A stretch of DNA of 64,000 nucleotides from the NCBI GenBank assembly GCA_964106645.2, contig OZ067048.1, one strand, 5' to 3'. The stretch comes from Podarcis pityusensis. Its lineage: Eukaryota. Every line of letters begins with the position of its first letter. Positions within the stretch are counted from its first letter, which is position 1. A model generated the notes under the pieces. It searched no databases and was not told the origin of the DNA. It worked only from the letters and a program-made list of their open reading frames with translations. A program made the position numbers and the translations under genes. This document shows, in pieces, positions 24,534 to 36,924 of the stretch.

Positions 24534-25914
24534 CCCCAGCACGGAACATGCCGTTTGGTTCAGAAAGGAGTCATTTTGCACACTCGCCTCATTTACTCTC
24601 AGTTTTAATCCCTTTAATTCCACCTGAGATCCAGGCAAGAAAGGAAGAGGAAAGCGAGGTGTAAAGGCTGCCGAGCTGGCCTTTGTTTACATACTTTTTC
24701 CCTGGGGGACCCCCCACAACAGAGCCGTGGCTTCTGGCCTTTTCATTGGGCTGCAGGGCTTCAAAGCAGTTATCATATGGAAATAGTTAAACAGAGATTA
24801 GAGGGGGGAGCACTTCACAGCAATCCACCCTTTTAGCTAAGGCAAAAGAAGGGGCAGGCGGGAATTGAGAGGAGAATGTGGGTTGCAGAAGGAACTGAAG
24901 GGCTCGGTAGCCACAAGGGAGAGTGGAGGGGTTAGGTTGCAAAAGACCTAAACCTTAGGCTAGGGGGACCACAGCTGTTGCGTACCTTTCGTTTTCCTCT
25001 CACAAAACAATGATATTTCACCACACAACAACAATATCCAGGAGTTATAGAAGCATCTCATATATAGTCTAAAATCACCTAATTTTAACAACAAGACAGT
25101 TAATAGGACCAGAATTTAAGAATTGCAAGATGATGTGATATGAGCACTGGTGTTCACATGCGTGTTCCCTTTTTCTATGAGTTGGAGAATGCTTTGTGTA
25201 TGTAGTGGGAGGAAATTTCCATGTGCCACACATTCATCACCCGTACAGGTTTCCTGCACCTATGGGGTTTAAACCAAATGAAAAGTTTTTATATATGTGT
25301 TGGTTCAAGGGGAAAAAAGCTATATAAAAAGGAGAATTCCTAGATGTCAAGATCCAAGTGTGGGCCATGTACCCTTTGGTAAGAGAAAACCAGCAGAGAT
25401 TTAAAGTCTCAAAATATGCAGCAGAGTAAAGCATCGAAATATAGGTGACTCTTTAAGGTGAGTTCAAAAGTTTCCCTCTTCCTCTTAAGTTGGAAAATGG
25501 TCACACATTTGGTTTACTTACAAACTCTCCAAAGGTCAGATTCATGTGCTTTTCCATACCACATTCAGAAAAAGTGCACAGGCAGTAAAACATGGCTTAG
25601 TTACAAAGTGATGAACGTTCCTAGAGTATTGGTGGTTCACATATCTTAACACTCATGAGGTTTACTGGTTGACCTTGGACCAATCACTCTCTGAAACTAT
25701 CCATCCTAAAAAAAGGGTCATGTACCAGGCCAGACTTGTACTTTAATCCGCCAAATTTACAGCTCTAGAAAATACACCTCCACCACTCCTATTGTGAAAA
25801 GGAACTGCAATTCCCACACACCTCCACTGTTTTGGAGGAACTTTAATATATTTTTCTGAGTTATGGTCTGTGTGCTACGGAAAGTGAGTATGTAGTTCTC
25901 TCTCTAGACTTGGT

Positions 25915-26000
25915 ACCGCCTAGTCCAGCATGGCTGTACTGGAGCTGATAGGAGTTGTAGTCCAAAGTATCTGGGAGGCACCAGCTTGGGGAAGTCTGGC
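25915..26000. mobile_element. hAT-type MITE fragment
   Basis: gataggagttgtagtccaaagtatctgggaggcaccagcttggggaag, the right arm of the family. Confidence 0.55.
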
Positions 26001-27169
26001 CTAGTCCATTATAGGAGACAGTCGGCAGTTAGGTATTCCAAGAAACTGAAAAGAGAGTCACATCTAAAACCAGTTTTGCTCCATTTGGTAGAGTGCAAAC
26101 CAAAACAGCTAAGAAGGAACATTTTGGAGTATTTGACCAGGCACTACTTTAGACTTTGGGAAGTCTCAATTAAATCTAGAATAGCCTGTTCTTGCTTTTT
26201 GCACCCAGATTTATAAATAAGTTTATTATTATCAGTTTTACTATGTCCTCAGATTTTTCTTCTCCAAAGGAAATTAATATTGAGAAGAAAGAATATCTGA
26301 GACATTTGAAATAACTACTTTTTAATATGTATAATTGAATTGTGGCTAATTTCCTTTGGGAAAAGAGTTGCTTTTCAAATATAACCTGGGTAGAAGTATC
26401 AATAGGAAGGAATGGCTGGCTCAAATTATTGGCATGGTGGGAAGATCAAACTTCCAGCCGGATGTTCTTTTCCAACAACAGCCTGGTCTTCACCAGCTGC
26501 CTCCTTCTAATAAAGGCAAATTAACAGGGTTTAAAACTGGCTTTAAATAGTCAAAACTAGAATTCTGCTAGGAGAAACGTGCTAAGAATTGTTCAAACCA
26601 ATTATTTCTCATAAGGAAAGCAGTTAAGAATATTACAATACGCTAAGGAATATTTGGAAACACAATGAGGTCCAAAATAGGTCAGCCCCAACTAACATGG
26701 TTGTGCTGGTTGGAGTGGATGGGAGCTGAAGTGCAAATAGGTCACATTTACCACTGCAAATGATTTTTATTTTTGAAACTATTTATTTATACTAGTATTA
26801 CCTTGCTACTAGACTCACTTTCCAGGATCTGCATTAACAAGCAGTTCTTCAGTTCTGGGATAGCAAAGCTCAAAACTGTTCTTTGCAGACATTACTAAAT
26901 AATCATTGATCTACAGTAAAAAAATATGTGTTTATAGATTTTCCTGAACATAAAATGGACAAAAAGGAACACACAATTAGCAAAGTGTGTATGCTTCTGG
27001 CTCTGTAGAATGCAGCCTGGTTGAAGAAGCTTCGTTTTCATACTCTAAGGGAAGTTCATACTTTATCAGAAGCCATGAGTCTGACCCCACAACACTGCTG
27101 GTAATGTTTGAAGAAAGTTGATCCCTAGGAACCAGTGGCACTGCTCAAGTTGCAGTTTCTTTTAGCTAA

Positions 27170-27478
27170 AACTATGGAATTTGCTCCCCAAGATGTAATG
27201 ATGGCCACAAATATGAAGAGGTTTAAAAGAGGGTTAGAGAAAATAATGAAGGATAAGGCTATCAGTAGCTGCTAGCCATGGTGGCTGTATTTTACCCACC
27301 ATTGCTGGAGGTTGTATGCCTCTAAATACCAATTGCTGAGAATCACAAGTGTGGATGGTGATACCACACTCAATTCCTGCTTGTGGGCTTCCTGAGGGCA
27401 TCTGGTGTGGCCACTGTAAGAACAGGACCCTGGATAGATGGGCCTTTGGACTGATCCAGCTGGGTGGTTCTTATGCTC
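27170..27478 (+). mobile_element. CR1 LINE 3' end
   Basis: ctatggaatt..gatggccac..tttaaaagagggttaga (FKRGL motif), followed by a 3' UTR ending ctgatccagc..ttcttatg. Confidence 0.8.
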
Positions 27479-27669
27479 TCATCCCTGCCCATGTAGGGCT
27501 GGCATTTTTCAAACATTCTTGTGAATAGTGTTGAGCTGCCATGCTGTAGAAAATTAAGAGTTTTCTCCACCGCATGAATCTTCTTTGGATAAAGATATTC
27601 TCAGTCAAGGGCATTTTGTGACAGCAGAAGGAAATACAAGGAATTGCAGGGTTGCGGCAAAGAAGTGGA

Positions 27670-27764
27670 ACTCATGCTTTGCACATGGTTCCTCAGCAGG
27701 GTCTCAAGCTAGAGAGGTATAAAAGGTTCTAGTCTAAAACCCTGGATAGCTGTGCACAGTAAAA

Positions 27765-27815
<51 letters not shown>

Positions 27816-27817
27816 AT
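27670..27817 (+). mobile_element. Degenerate tRNA-SINE fragment with (TAAA)n tail
   Basis: atgctttgca..aaaccctggatagctg resembles the SINE at 50876; (TAAA)n runs over 27760-27817. Confidence 0.5.
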
Positions 27818-27911
27818 ACTTCTGGGCTAAATGAGGAACACAGATTCTCTTCTCTACATCAAAATACCTAAGAAAGTCTAAATATGAACTCAGATATGGA
27901 ATTAACTCACG

Positions 27912-28000
27912 TCTGCAATGCTAATCATGTCTACTCAGAAGTAAGTTCAACTGAATTCAGTGGGGCATCCTTTCGACAAGTAGGATTAGGATTTCAGTCT
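27912..28000. mobile_element. Short palindromic MITE-like repeat (..actcagaagtaag..)
   Basis: Imperfect foldback; related copies at 55192-55282 and split at 41046-41480. Confidence 0.55.
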
Positions 28001-28659
28001 GTGCCTCTATCCATTTTTTGGTAAATTTTTAAAGTTTTATTTAGAACATCTGTTCCTCTTCAGAGCACTGCAGCTCAAGTCACAGCTTCTGGTGACGTCT
28101 ACACTGATTCCCAGATGCTTTCAGGATAGATGGTGAGACGCAGCTATGTCATCCCCAACTCAGAATTCATCTGGAGCAATCTCATAATGTAGACAAACCT
28201 TCTCTTCTACTCCTCCACCCACCCACCCCGCCTCTAAAGCATCTAAATCTTGGGGGGGGGGGGGATCATCTCTCACATCCCACTTGCCAGAAGCTGCCCC
28301 CTTGTGTCAAACAAATGCCAATGTCACTGGAGTGAAATGAACAAAAGGAGGGGTAAGAAGGATTGAAAGATTATGTGAGCATGGAAAGGGGGGGGGGTGT
28401 TGCTTGTTTCTCACTTGATCCTGGTTCTGCTGGTGGCTGGTTGCCCTCCCCCGCCACCGCCTTCAGCATGGCCTGCACTCCACCGTGTAACTCTCCAGCT
28501 CATTTCTCTCCACGCGATTTACCATCTGTGAGCTCGTCTTTAACCTAATAAAAATCATCTAGCTTTTGACTAACAAGAAAAGGAAACAGTGTTCATTGTG
28601 GGGTTTGGGGAAAATGGCTTCACTAATCTGCAGGATGAGAATGGAGTGATTTATAGGCG

Positions 28660-28839
28660 NNNNNNNNNNNNNNNNNNNNNNNNNNNNNNNNNNNNNNNNN
28701 NNNNNNNNNNNNNNNNNNNNNNNNNNNNNNNNNNNNNNNNNNNNNNNNNNNNNNNNNNNNNNNNNNNNNNNNNNNNNNNNNNNNNNNNNNNNNNNNNNNN
28801 NNNNNNNNNNNNNNNNNNNNNNNNNNNNNNNNNNNNNNN
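28660..28839. other. N-run, 180 nt
   Basis: Counted from sequence. Confidence 0.99.
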
Positions 28840-29290
28840 CCCAAGGCTATCAGCGAGCAGAATCAACGCTCGCTGACACCTAATTGTCACTGGATTAATG
28901 TGCAAACAGGGACGGCAAAACAGCCACAACAAATAACCTGGTGTCAGAACTGTTGGTGGCACTGTCCACTAAATGACTGGGGGCCAAATTGAAGTTTATA
29001 TCTCAAAATCCACTGAGATCAATGCATCAGCCAAGCTGGAAATATGGCACCGGTGTGTGTTTGCTAGAAATTTGCATATTGCACACACTTGGTAGATCTA
29101 GAGAGACTGCTATGTGGCTCTCTTAGGACTGTAATTTTTTGAAGTTCTATTGGGGTTTTACAAGTTGATTTTAACTGTCTTATTTTAACAAACTGATTGA
29201 TATCTCTCAAGGTAGTGAGTATTTTCATTAATATAATTATTTTTTCCTTAACTAAATAACATGGGAAAATATGTCTTATTGGAGAAATCT

Positions 29291-29330
29291 ACACACACAC
29301 ACACACACACACACAGACAGAGAGAGAGAG
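29291..29330. repeat. (CA)n(GA)n microsatellite
   Basis: Direct reading. Confidence 0.95.
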
Positions 29331-30885
29331 CTGAATAATTTATCCATGATGGAGGCATTGAGAACAAAATGATTGGCCAGAACTGCCTTAACAGCGCAAG
29401 TAGCCCAACAAGTTTTTAGGGGCAGCATTCAAAAGATGTGCCCCAGCAGCCTCTGTGATATCAGTTGAGGAGAATGCAAATGTGTACCTCAGGATCTCTC
29501 ACAAACAATGCTGCAGCGGATTGCCTTTTTTTAATGCTGTAACTCAGAATACAAATATTGAACATTCACTAGGAAAAATTCAGGGTATTCTATTGAAATA
29601 TAAGCTCAGTATGAATGAGTGCATTGTATTCATTTGTGTACATAATGCAGATGCTTATGTATACATATTAAAAAGTAACATTATACCGTGCTATCTCTGT
29701 CTCTCTCCTTGAGTAGACAGATCTACAATCTTATGCAAATAAGAGCCCTTAACTGTCTGCAAATGCATAACATAAATAAACGTCTATCACTGCTAGTATA
29801 TGTATTGTGTAAACTTATATTTAGGATATCATTCGATTTATTTTTCTGCTTTACGCTTCACAATTCAGGCTATTAAGATAGATTTATGTGGGGGGAACGC
29901 CTTTTACTCTAGGATCTTGTAACTTCCCATTGCTCCTTGCTATTAAATTTTATCACCCTGTTTGTGAATCCAATCATTCCAACAAGTACATATTCAATCT
30001 GGGGCACCACCTGTCTGGTTTTGGACCACAGCAAGCCATTTGGGCAGCTGAGTTCTGGCCTTCCTATTTTAGAAACAGATTTGTTGTTTGCTTGCTCCAA
30101 GATACTTCTGAACATTCCTAGGCAAGAAGAGGAGGAACAGGGTGGATTACAAGAACATCTAATTCTTTCTAACCCCCCATTTCCTGTTAACTTGAAGAAA
30201 CTGGTGTGCATCTCTCGGAACAAACATAATTATAATAACATGTTCTAAAGCAAATGAAGGAATAGGTTACTAGCCAAGGAGCACATACATTCCATCATTT
30301 GTCTTTTATAATTAGCCATTTAGGAAGAAAAAGTCACAAATATATGATTTACATCTCTTAATGTATTTCTAAAGTTCTTAAGTTTTATTGAGCATGAAAG
30401 TTGGTCTTTCCCTGTGGTAAGAACTCAGGAAACTATAGAGCTGGCTAGTAGCTCAATGGTGCAAAGTCTTATGATTTACTCTTGACATTTGCAATTTTTT
30501 GCAGTAAAATACTACTTTTCTTTATTTCAGGCCTTTTAGTTGAAAACCTCGTAATTCCCTTTAAGCTCCATTTGATTGTCAATTGTACAACTCTCTCCAA
30601 ATCTTCAGGCTTATGGCTTTTCATACATATATGATTACTTTTCTATTGCAATATCACCTTAGCACAGATTCTTCTTCTTTCACAAGCATTTCTGAATCTG
30701 AGCTTCTGTGAATTTTGCAGCGCCAGTGTTTGAGCATGACAAAATTATTTTGTTTACAAAGTTAAAACAACCACGTAAATTAGCCAGCTTCTTCCTTCAG
30801 AACTGTACAGCCAGGAGTGGGGAGAGGATTTGCACGTTCATCACAGTAAAAACATCTGAATAATTCAAAATATAGGTAGTTATTT

Positions 30886-31216
30886 GGGTGGTGCTGTGGG
30901 TTAAACCACAGAGCCTAGGGCTTGCTGATCAGAAGGTCGGCGGTTCGAATCCCCGCGACGGGGTGAGCTCCCGTTGTTCGGTCCCTGTTCTTGTCAACCT
31001 AGCAGTTCGAAAGCACGTCAAAGCACAAGTAGATAAATAGGTACCGCTCCAGCGGGAAGGTAAACAGCATTTCCATGCACTGCTCTGGTTCACCAGAAGC
31101 GGCTTAGTCATGCTGGCCACATGACTCGGAAGCTGTACGCCAGCTCCCTCGGCCAGTAAAGCAACCCCAGAGTCATCTGTGACTGGACCTATCGGTCAGG
31201 AGTCTCTTTACCTTTA
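30886..31216 (+). mobile_element. Sauria SINE
   Basis: tRNA-like head with B-box ggttcgaatcc, conserved body gcagttcgaaagcac..caagtagataaataggtacc, and (ACCTTT) tail. Confidence 0.93.
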
Positions 31217-31399
31217 AATTTAGGATTTTAAAGCCTATTGTAAAAGTAGCCAGAGCTTAAGACAGCAAGGCAGGGAACCAGCATGCCATACTAACCAGGT
31301 GAAAACAGAACAGGAGAGACTCCTTTTCATAACTGCAGGAAGGCAACCATATGTTTCCTAATATCTCATGGGAACCAGAAAAATGTAGGCCCTAGAACC

Positions 31400-31720
31400 T
31401 CGTCCCTGTATACCTGAAGGAGCATATCCACTCCTATCATTCAGCCCGGACACTGAGGTCTAGTTCCAAGAGCCTTCTGGCAAAAAGTGAAATTACATGG
31501 AATCAGGGAGAGGGTCTTCTCGGTAGTGGTGCCACCTGTGAAACGCTCTCCCATCTGATGTCAAGGAGCTAAACAACTTTCTGAAGACATCTGAATACAG
31601 CCCTGTATCAGGAAGTTTTTTAATGTTTTGCTGTGTTTTTATTATGTTGAAAGCCACCGAGAGTGACTTCGGCAACCCAATCACATGGGCAAGGTATAAA
31701 TAGTAAAATAATAATAATAT
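31400..31720 (+). mobile_element. L2 LINE 3' end
   Basis: YLKE(H)..cggacactgaggtc..agggtcttctcggtagtgg..gacatctgaa.., ending in an (AAT)n tail. Confidence 0.8.
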
Positions 31721-32174
31721 GGGGTAATAACACATAGCACTTACATAGAACCCTTCCTAAGTCCATATGTTCCCTGTGCCTGAGGGCTAGGCACAGGGTA
31801 GAGGCACTGCTGGCAGTGCTCCAAGGTCAGTAGAGACAGAAATAGGATGTTCCCAGGGCATGCTGAGGAAGGGATTTAGGAAAGGCTGTTACATCCGATC
31901 TAAAGCCCCCACTCCATTATCCAAAAAAGGCCCAAGAAAGGGCAAAAAGGGTACACTGACCCTCAAGCTGGTGTACTTTTCTTCTTCCTTCCTATGAGTA
32001 TCAATTGGGAGGGTCTTAAAAGCAAAGTGGGGGAAGGAGTAAACAGAAAATATATCTCCCCTACACACAAACACACTAAGTTAAGTGGCAGTTTCTCCCC
32101 CATGAAATCAACCACCACTGTGAGATTGATGCTTCACATACATGCATAATTCTTTTAACTTTTCTGTAACATAG

Positions 32175-32320
32175 TCCAATAATTATCACCATATTAAGAA
32201 TCAGGCTTCTGACTTGGGAACAGATAATCACTCACTTAAGACCACCTTGTTTGAGTTAATGGCTGGGATTTGAACTATGGATCTTGTAACTCACAGCTCA
32301 TGCTCTTAACCAATGCTCTG
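32175..32320 (-). mobile_element. MIR-like CORE SINE (degenerate)
   Basis: aattatcaccat..ggctgggatttgaact..gctcttaacca. Confidence 0.5.
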
Positions 32321-33364
32321 TGCTTGATCTTCAGAAACATATATAAATAAGCTGCTCTGAGGATTAATGCAAAAGTGGTTCTGGATTTATTTATTTTTAA
32401 GATTGGACAACCTGCAATCCAGTACAATGCCACTAATGAACATTTCTAGCAATCTTATTACCTGAAGACTGGCAAGTAGCTTTCATGAAGAGCAACCAAA
32501 TAGTTAGCTATATGAGTGATTATGGGTCAATTTTTGCTCAAAGCAAAGGTGGCTGCTAAAGTTTCAAACACATCTGTTTGGTCTCTAATTCATTTGCTGC
32601 CAGAAAATCGGAGAACGTGGTATGCAATAGGGAAGTCCCAGGTTCATTTTACTAACAATATGCTTGATGAATCCAATGTATTTTTAATCCAAGTGTAAAA
32701 CTCTAAGGACAGCCAAGGTGCTGACTAGAGCATGAAAATCTAAATGAATATTCTGCCAGAATGACAGTACTTAAACAACCAAAGTCTCACCCCAGGCGAT
32801 AAGCCTTCTGCAAAATTCATAATCTATATATAGTTATTGTAAAAATTGTGATTTCATGGAGAAAGTAATTCACAAATCATAATTAGTGCAGTTCCCTGTA
32901 GATGACCAAATGCTAAATGTATCTCTACATTTTTGTGATTTAAAAACAAAGCTTTATAATTTGGTAATGTATTACCACAGATGTACATTACAATGATCAC
33001 ATTTTTCAATATATCAAGGAATGAATTCTTCCTTCATTGACATTATTTTAGAATCAGCCTAGCCACTAAAGACTCAGAGCAGAAAGCGGGGCAAAACTAA
33101 ACTTGAGGCTTTGGGAATTTTCAGGCAAGACGTCAGTATTTTAGACTACAGCCAGTAGCCAATGCTGGCTTGGTGGTGCTCATCTGACCTCTGTTTGGGC
33201 ACATTGCTGCTGCTTACCAGAAAATGGGGGGAAGGGCAAGATGGCAACACACCCATCTACTTTTCAGTAAGCAGTAGCAATGCAACGAACCAGAGGTCAA
33301 GTGAATGTCACCTCCCCAACTACATTGTTTGTTACCATTGCCATCATTTTTAAAAATTTATATA

Positions 33365-33580
33365 CAGTGGTACATCAGGTTAAGAACTTAATTCGTTCTG
33401 GAGGTCCATTCTTAACCTGAGGTACCACTTTACCTAATGGGGCCTCCCGCTGCCGCCGCCACGCGATTTCTGTTCTCATCCTGAAGCAAAGTTCTTAACC
33501 CGAGGTACTATTTCTGGGTTAGCGGAGTCTGTAACCTGAAGTGTCTGTAACCTGAAGCATCTGTAACCGAGGTACCACTG
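33365..33580 (+). mobile_element. Tigger-type MITE, copy 3
   Basis: TIRs cagtggtacatcaggtta / taaccgaggtaccactg, TA TSD at 33363-33364 and 33581-33582. Confidence 0.93.
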
Positions 33581-33779
33581 TACTTCCAGAATCATGCTGC
33601 TAAACCTTTCGCCTTTCTGAGAATCTGGGGGCAGCAGCTGGCAGGCTCCTTGGTGTAAGTCAATATTGCCAAACACAATGCATATTATACTAGGTGACTT
33701 TCATCTGTGATATGCAACTTTAATTTGAGTTTTCTGGATAGAGTCTCACATATGTTTTATAAACATTCATGCCATAAAG

Positions 33780-33889
33780 CAGAGATGGAGAGTCTGTGAC
33801 CCTCCAGACTACAGTCAGACTACAGTTCCAATGACCTCTGACCATTGGTCGTGCTGTCTGGGGCTGATAGTCACAATTCCCCATCCCTG
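33780..33889. mobile_element. Short hAT-type MITE
   Basis: cagagatggg..gactacagttcc..tgaccattgg..ggggctgat..ccccatccctg. Confidence 0.6.
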
Positions 33890-34335
33890 TCCTAAAAAAA
33901 TAGTAATAGCAGAGGGAAATTTTTTATCTAATATGTATTCTGGAAGGCCTAGACTACATTCTGCAAAACCTCTACTTTTCAGGAGACTCAAAGACTTCAG
34001 AGATATGATCCTGAAGAGATTTATAGAGCTAATACCTCACACAAATTGCTTCAACTCTTTGAATCAAAGAAATTTTTTCACTATAAGCCATTACCAACAT
34101 GAAGGTATGCTGCCGTTTCAGAACACCAATGAAATTATGTGCCTTCTGCTAATGTTGATGTAGAATGGATGGAGATGTCTCCCTGTCACCTTCTTTTTCT
34201 CCCCCTGCCCTAATTTAAACGGAAATGTGTGGTCAGATATTCCTTGAAGTTCTTCAGGTTCATTAACAAGGTCAAAATCAATGTTATCTTACTATTTGGA
34301 ATCATTTTTGGCAGAACAATGAAAAGAAACCATAG

Positions 34336-34523
34336 NNNNNNNNNNNNNNNNNNNNNNNNNNNNNNNNNNNNNNNNNNNNNNNNNNNNNNNNNNNNNNNNN
34401 NNNNNNNNNNNNNNNNNNNNNNNNNNNNNNNNNNNNNNNNNNNNNNNNNNNNNNNNNNNNNNNNNNNNNNNNNNNNNNNNNNNNNNNNNNNNNNNNNNNN
34501 NNNNNNNNNNNNNNNNNNNNNNN
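34336..34523. other. N-run, 188 nt
   Basis: Counted from sequence. Confidence 0.99.
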
Positions 34524-35719
34524 TTTCCTCAATATCCAGTCCATCTATACATCTATTTATAATGTATGTTTCAAACACAAGTTAGATTTTATTTTATTGA
34601 ACTTATTGATAGCGCTACAGGGACAACCACTTGACCCAGTTTCTCCCTAAAAAAAAAAAAAAAAGAATTCAAATTTAAAAGCTGGGTTTTCCTTGAAAAT
34701 AATGTAATATTTGCACCTAATATGTGCTTGCAGTTTTGAAGTATTCAATCACTTGGGCCGAACTGTGGCCTTAACAAAAGCACAACTAATGAGATACGTT
34801 GTTAGTTATGAAGGGGCATTATTAAGCAAAGTAAAATGTAATGTTAACTGGCCTAATTTGGTTCCATTTCTGTATCAAAAGTGGATAAAGAGCTTATTTG
34901 CGTGATTTTTGAGATCTTATGCACAAGTGGGTTAGTATTTTATGTCAGCCTAATTCAAATAGCTTTATTTGACATCATAAAACTAATGCTGTAGCCTCCA
35001 TAGCTAGAGGTCCAGACAGATGGTTATACTGGTAAATATAACTAACTCATATAATTAGTCAATATGGACCCATTCAAACTATGTTAAAAATGTGGGGCAT
35101 GATCCACTTGCACCAGGGACACAGTCTTGGAAAGACCATTAAAAGGCTTACCAAACCTATATTCCCTTGCCCTCCCATGAACATGCATAATTTCTGTTGA
35201 GGGAAGGCTGAATGGCAATTTGGGAAATGCATATGTATCTCACTCCTCTTATTGCACTGCAACGGACATATGCCCATGTACTGGGAGGGGGGCAGGGAAA
35301 TAGGGCTTCTCTGAGGCATGCTGGAATCCTCCATATCCTCCATGCACAAGTGCAGCACCCATAAGTGAATGAAGGGATACATAGACAGATGCTCTTCATG
35401 AATCATCAGGCTTCCAGAACTGATTGTGCTAGTTCTTGAATTAGTTCAGACAATGATTTTGACATCTGGGTGATATGCAGAGCTCAGCATGCTTAGGGAT
35501 GACTCTTTGGGCAGTCCTGTGTTTCAAGTGTACATGAGGTTGTGTCCAGATTTTACTAGCAACATATCATGAAATGACCACTTGACCTAGCTAATCATAT
35601 ATATCAGGTGGGGTGGGGGAGGGGAGGGTAATATCTTCATAAGTGTTTGGAAACAAGATTAGGTTAGTCGTCTTGTATCAAGGCATCTAAGTGGTTCTAA
35701 TTGTTCAAATTGGCCCTTA

Positions 35720-36092
35720 AAACTTGGTTTATCCAAATTTTACCTAATTTTTCCAATCATAAATTAAGTTCACCTCACTTCCGCATGTGAAAGCTCTCAC
35801 AATTCATACACATTTTCATGCAAATTTCTCCCAATACATGTTTTTAAAGCAATTTTGCATAATTCACATTTTTGCAAGAAATTTCCCAATATGAAAATCC
35901 TCGTATTTTCAGTAATATAAACATCTTTGTTCACACTTTCCCTTAAAATACATTTTATATGCATTTTTTGGGTGAGAGAAGTACAAATTTTGGAGGATAG
36001 CTGCCTTTTAGTTCATGTATTAGTTTGGAATGTGCAAGGTAGTTGTATTTTAATTTAAATGCAAGATGAAAAAAGTTCTCTCCCATTCTTAT
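35720..36092. repeat. Degenerate interspersed repeat with internal short iterations (catttt..gcaa.tt)
   Basis: Recurring acattt/gcaattt motifs; the end tctcccattcta may be a decayed TIR. Confidence 0.35.
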
Positions 36093-36904
36093 TGGGGGAA
36101 AAAATGTAAGAAAGACTTGTATTATTCTGTATCAAAAATAGCATTTATTGTCCTCAATCCATCTACATGCATGGGTGGGAAGGGACGGAGAACAATGGAT
36201 TCTGCTACCACTCTCCTCTCTAACAAGTGATCAGTATTATCACCAATGATCTGACTGGTTGGCTCCAATGCGGATGGGGCTTTTGAGCCTGGAGTATCAT
36301 ACATGCAGCAACCAATCAGCACCCATATGGGTAAATGTGCATATATAGTACTAGGCAATTGTGTTCTATAACTATTTTATGTAGTTTTATGTTCTATTTT
36401 TATTGTATATAGAGAGGCTTTGGCATTAGGACACTAACACATGCATGGAATACGTAGATAGGTTGGCAATTATTTTCTGATAAAAGCTAATGTAAACCCA
36501 TTGATGGCTGACACGGGTATAACTGAGAATGGGTTTTGGACAAGACAACCTATTATAAGAGTTTTTCTTCTCCTTTCTTAGCTGTTAAGACACAGTTGAT
36601 TAACGCCTTGGCCTTAAGCGTGTGGAGCTTTTAATATAGTGATTTCTCTTCCTTTAAATATGTGTTGAGGAGGAAAAAAACTCCTGTGTATAATTTTTTA
36701 TAACACACAGATGAGAAAGTGTATGATCCAGTAAGGTGTGATATTCCAAATCAGATATGGTGTCTGATCTTCTTCTGTCTCTCCCCACCCCCACCTCCCT
36801 CTGCTGAATGAAATAAAAATGAAGAGGCCTTTCTGAATGCTGAGAACCATTTGCAGAACTTCGAATTGGAGCTGGCCATCTGGAATAATGGACCGTGTTG
36901 GCTG

Positions 36905-36924
36905 CCTTCCACTAGAGGGAATTA
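36905..36924 (+). promoter_or_regulatory. Candidate CTCF site
   Basis: ccactagaggga (36909-36920) matches the CCASYAGRKGG core; the 3' flank is imperfect. Confidence 0.35.
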
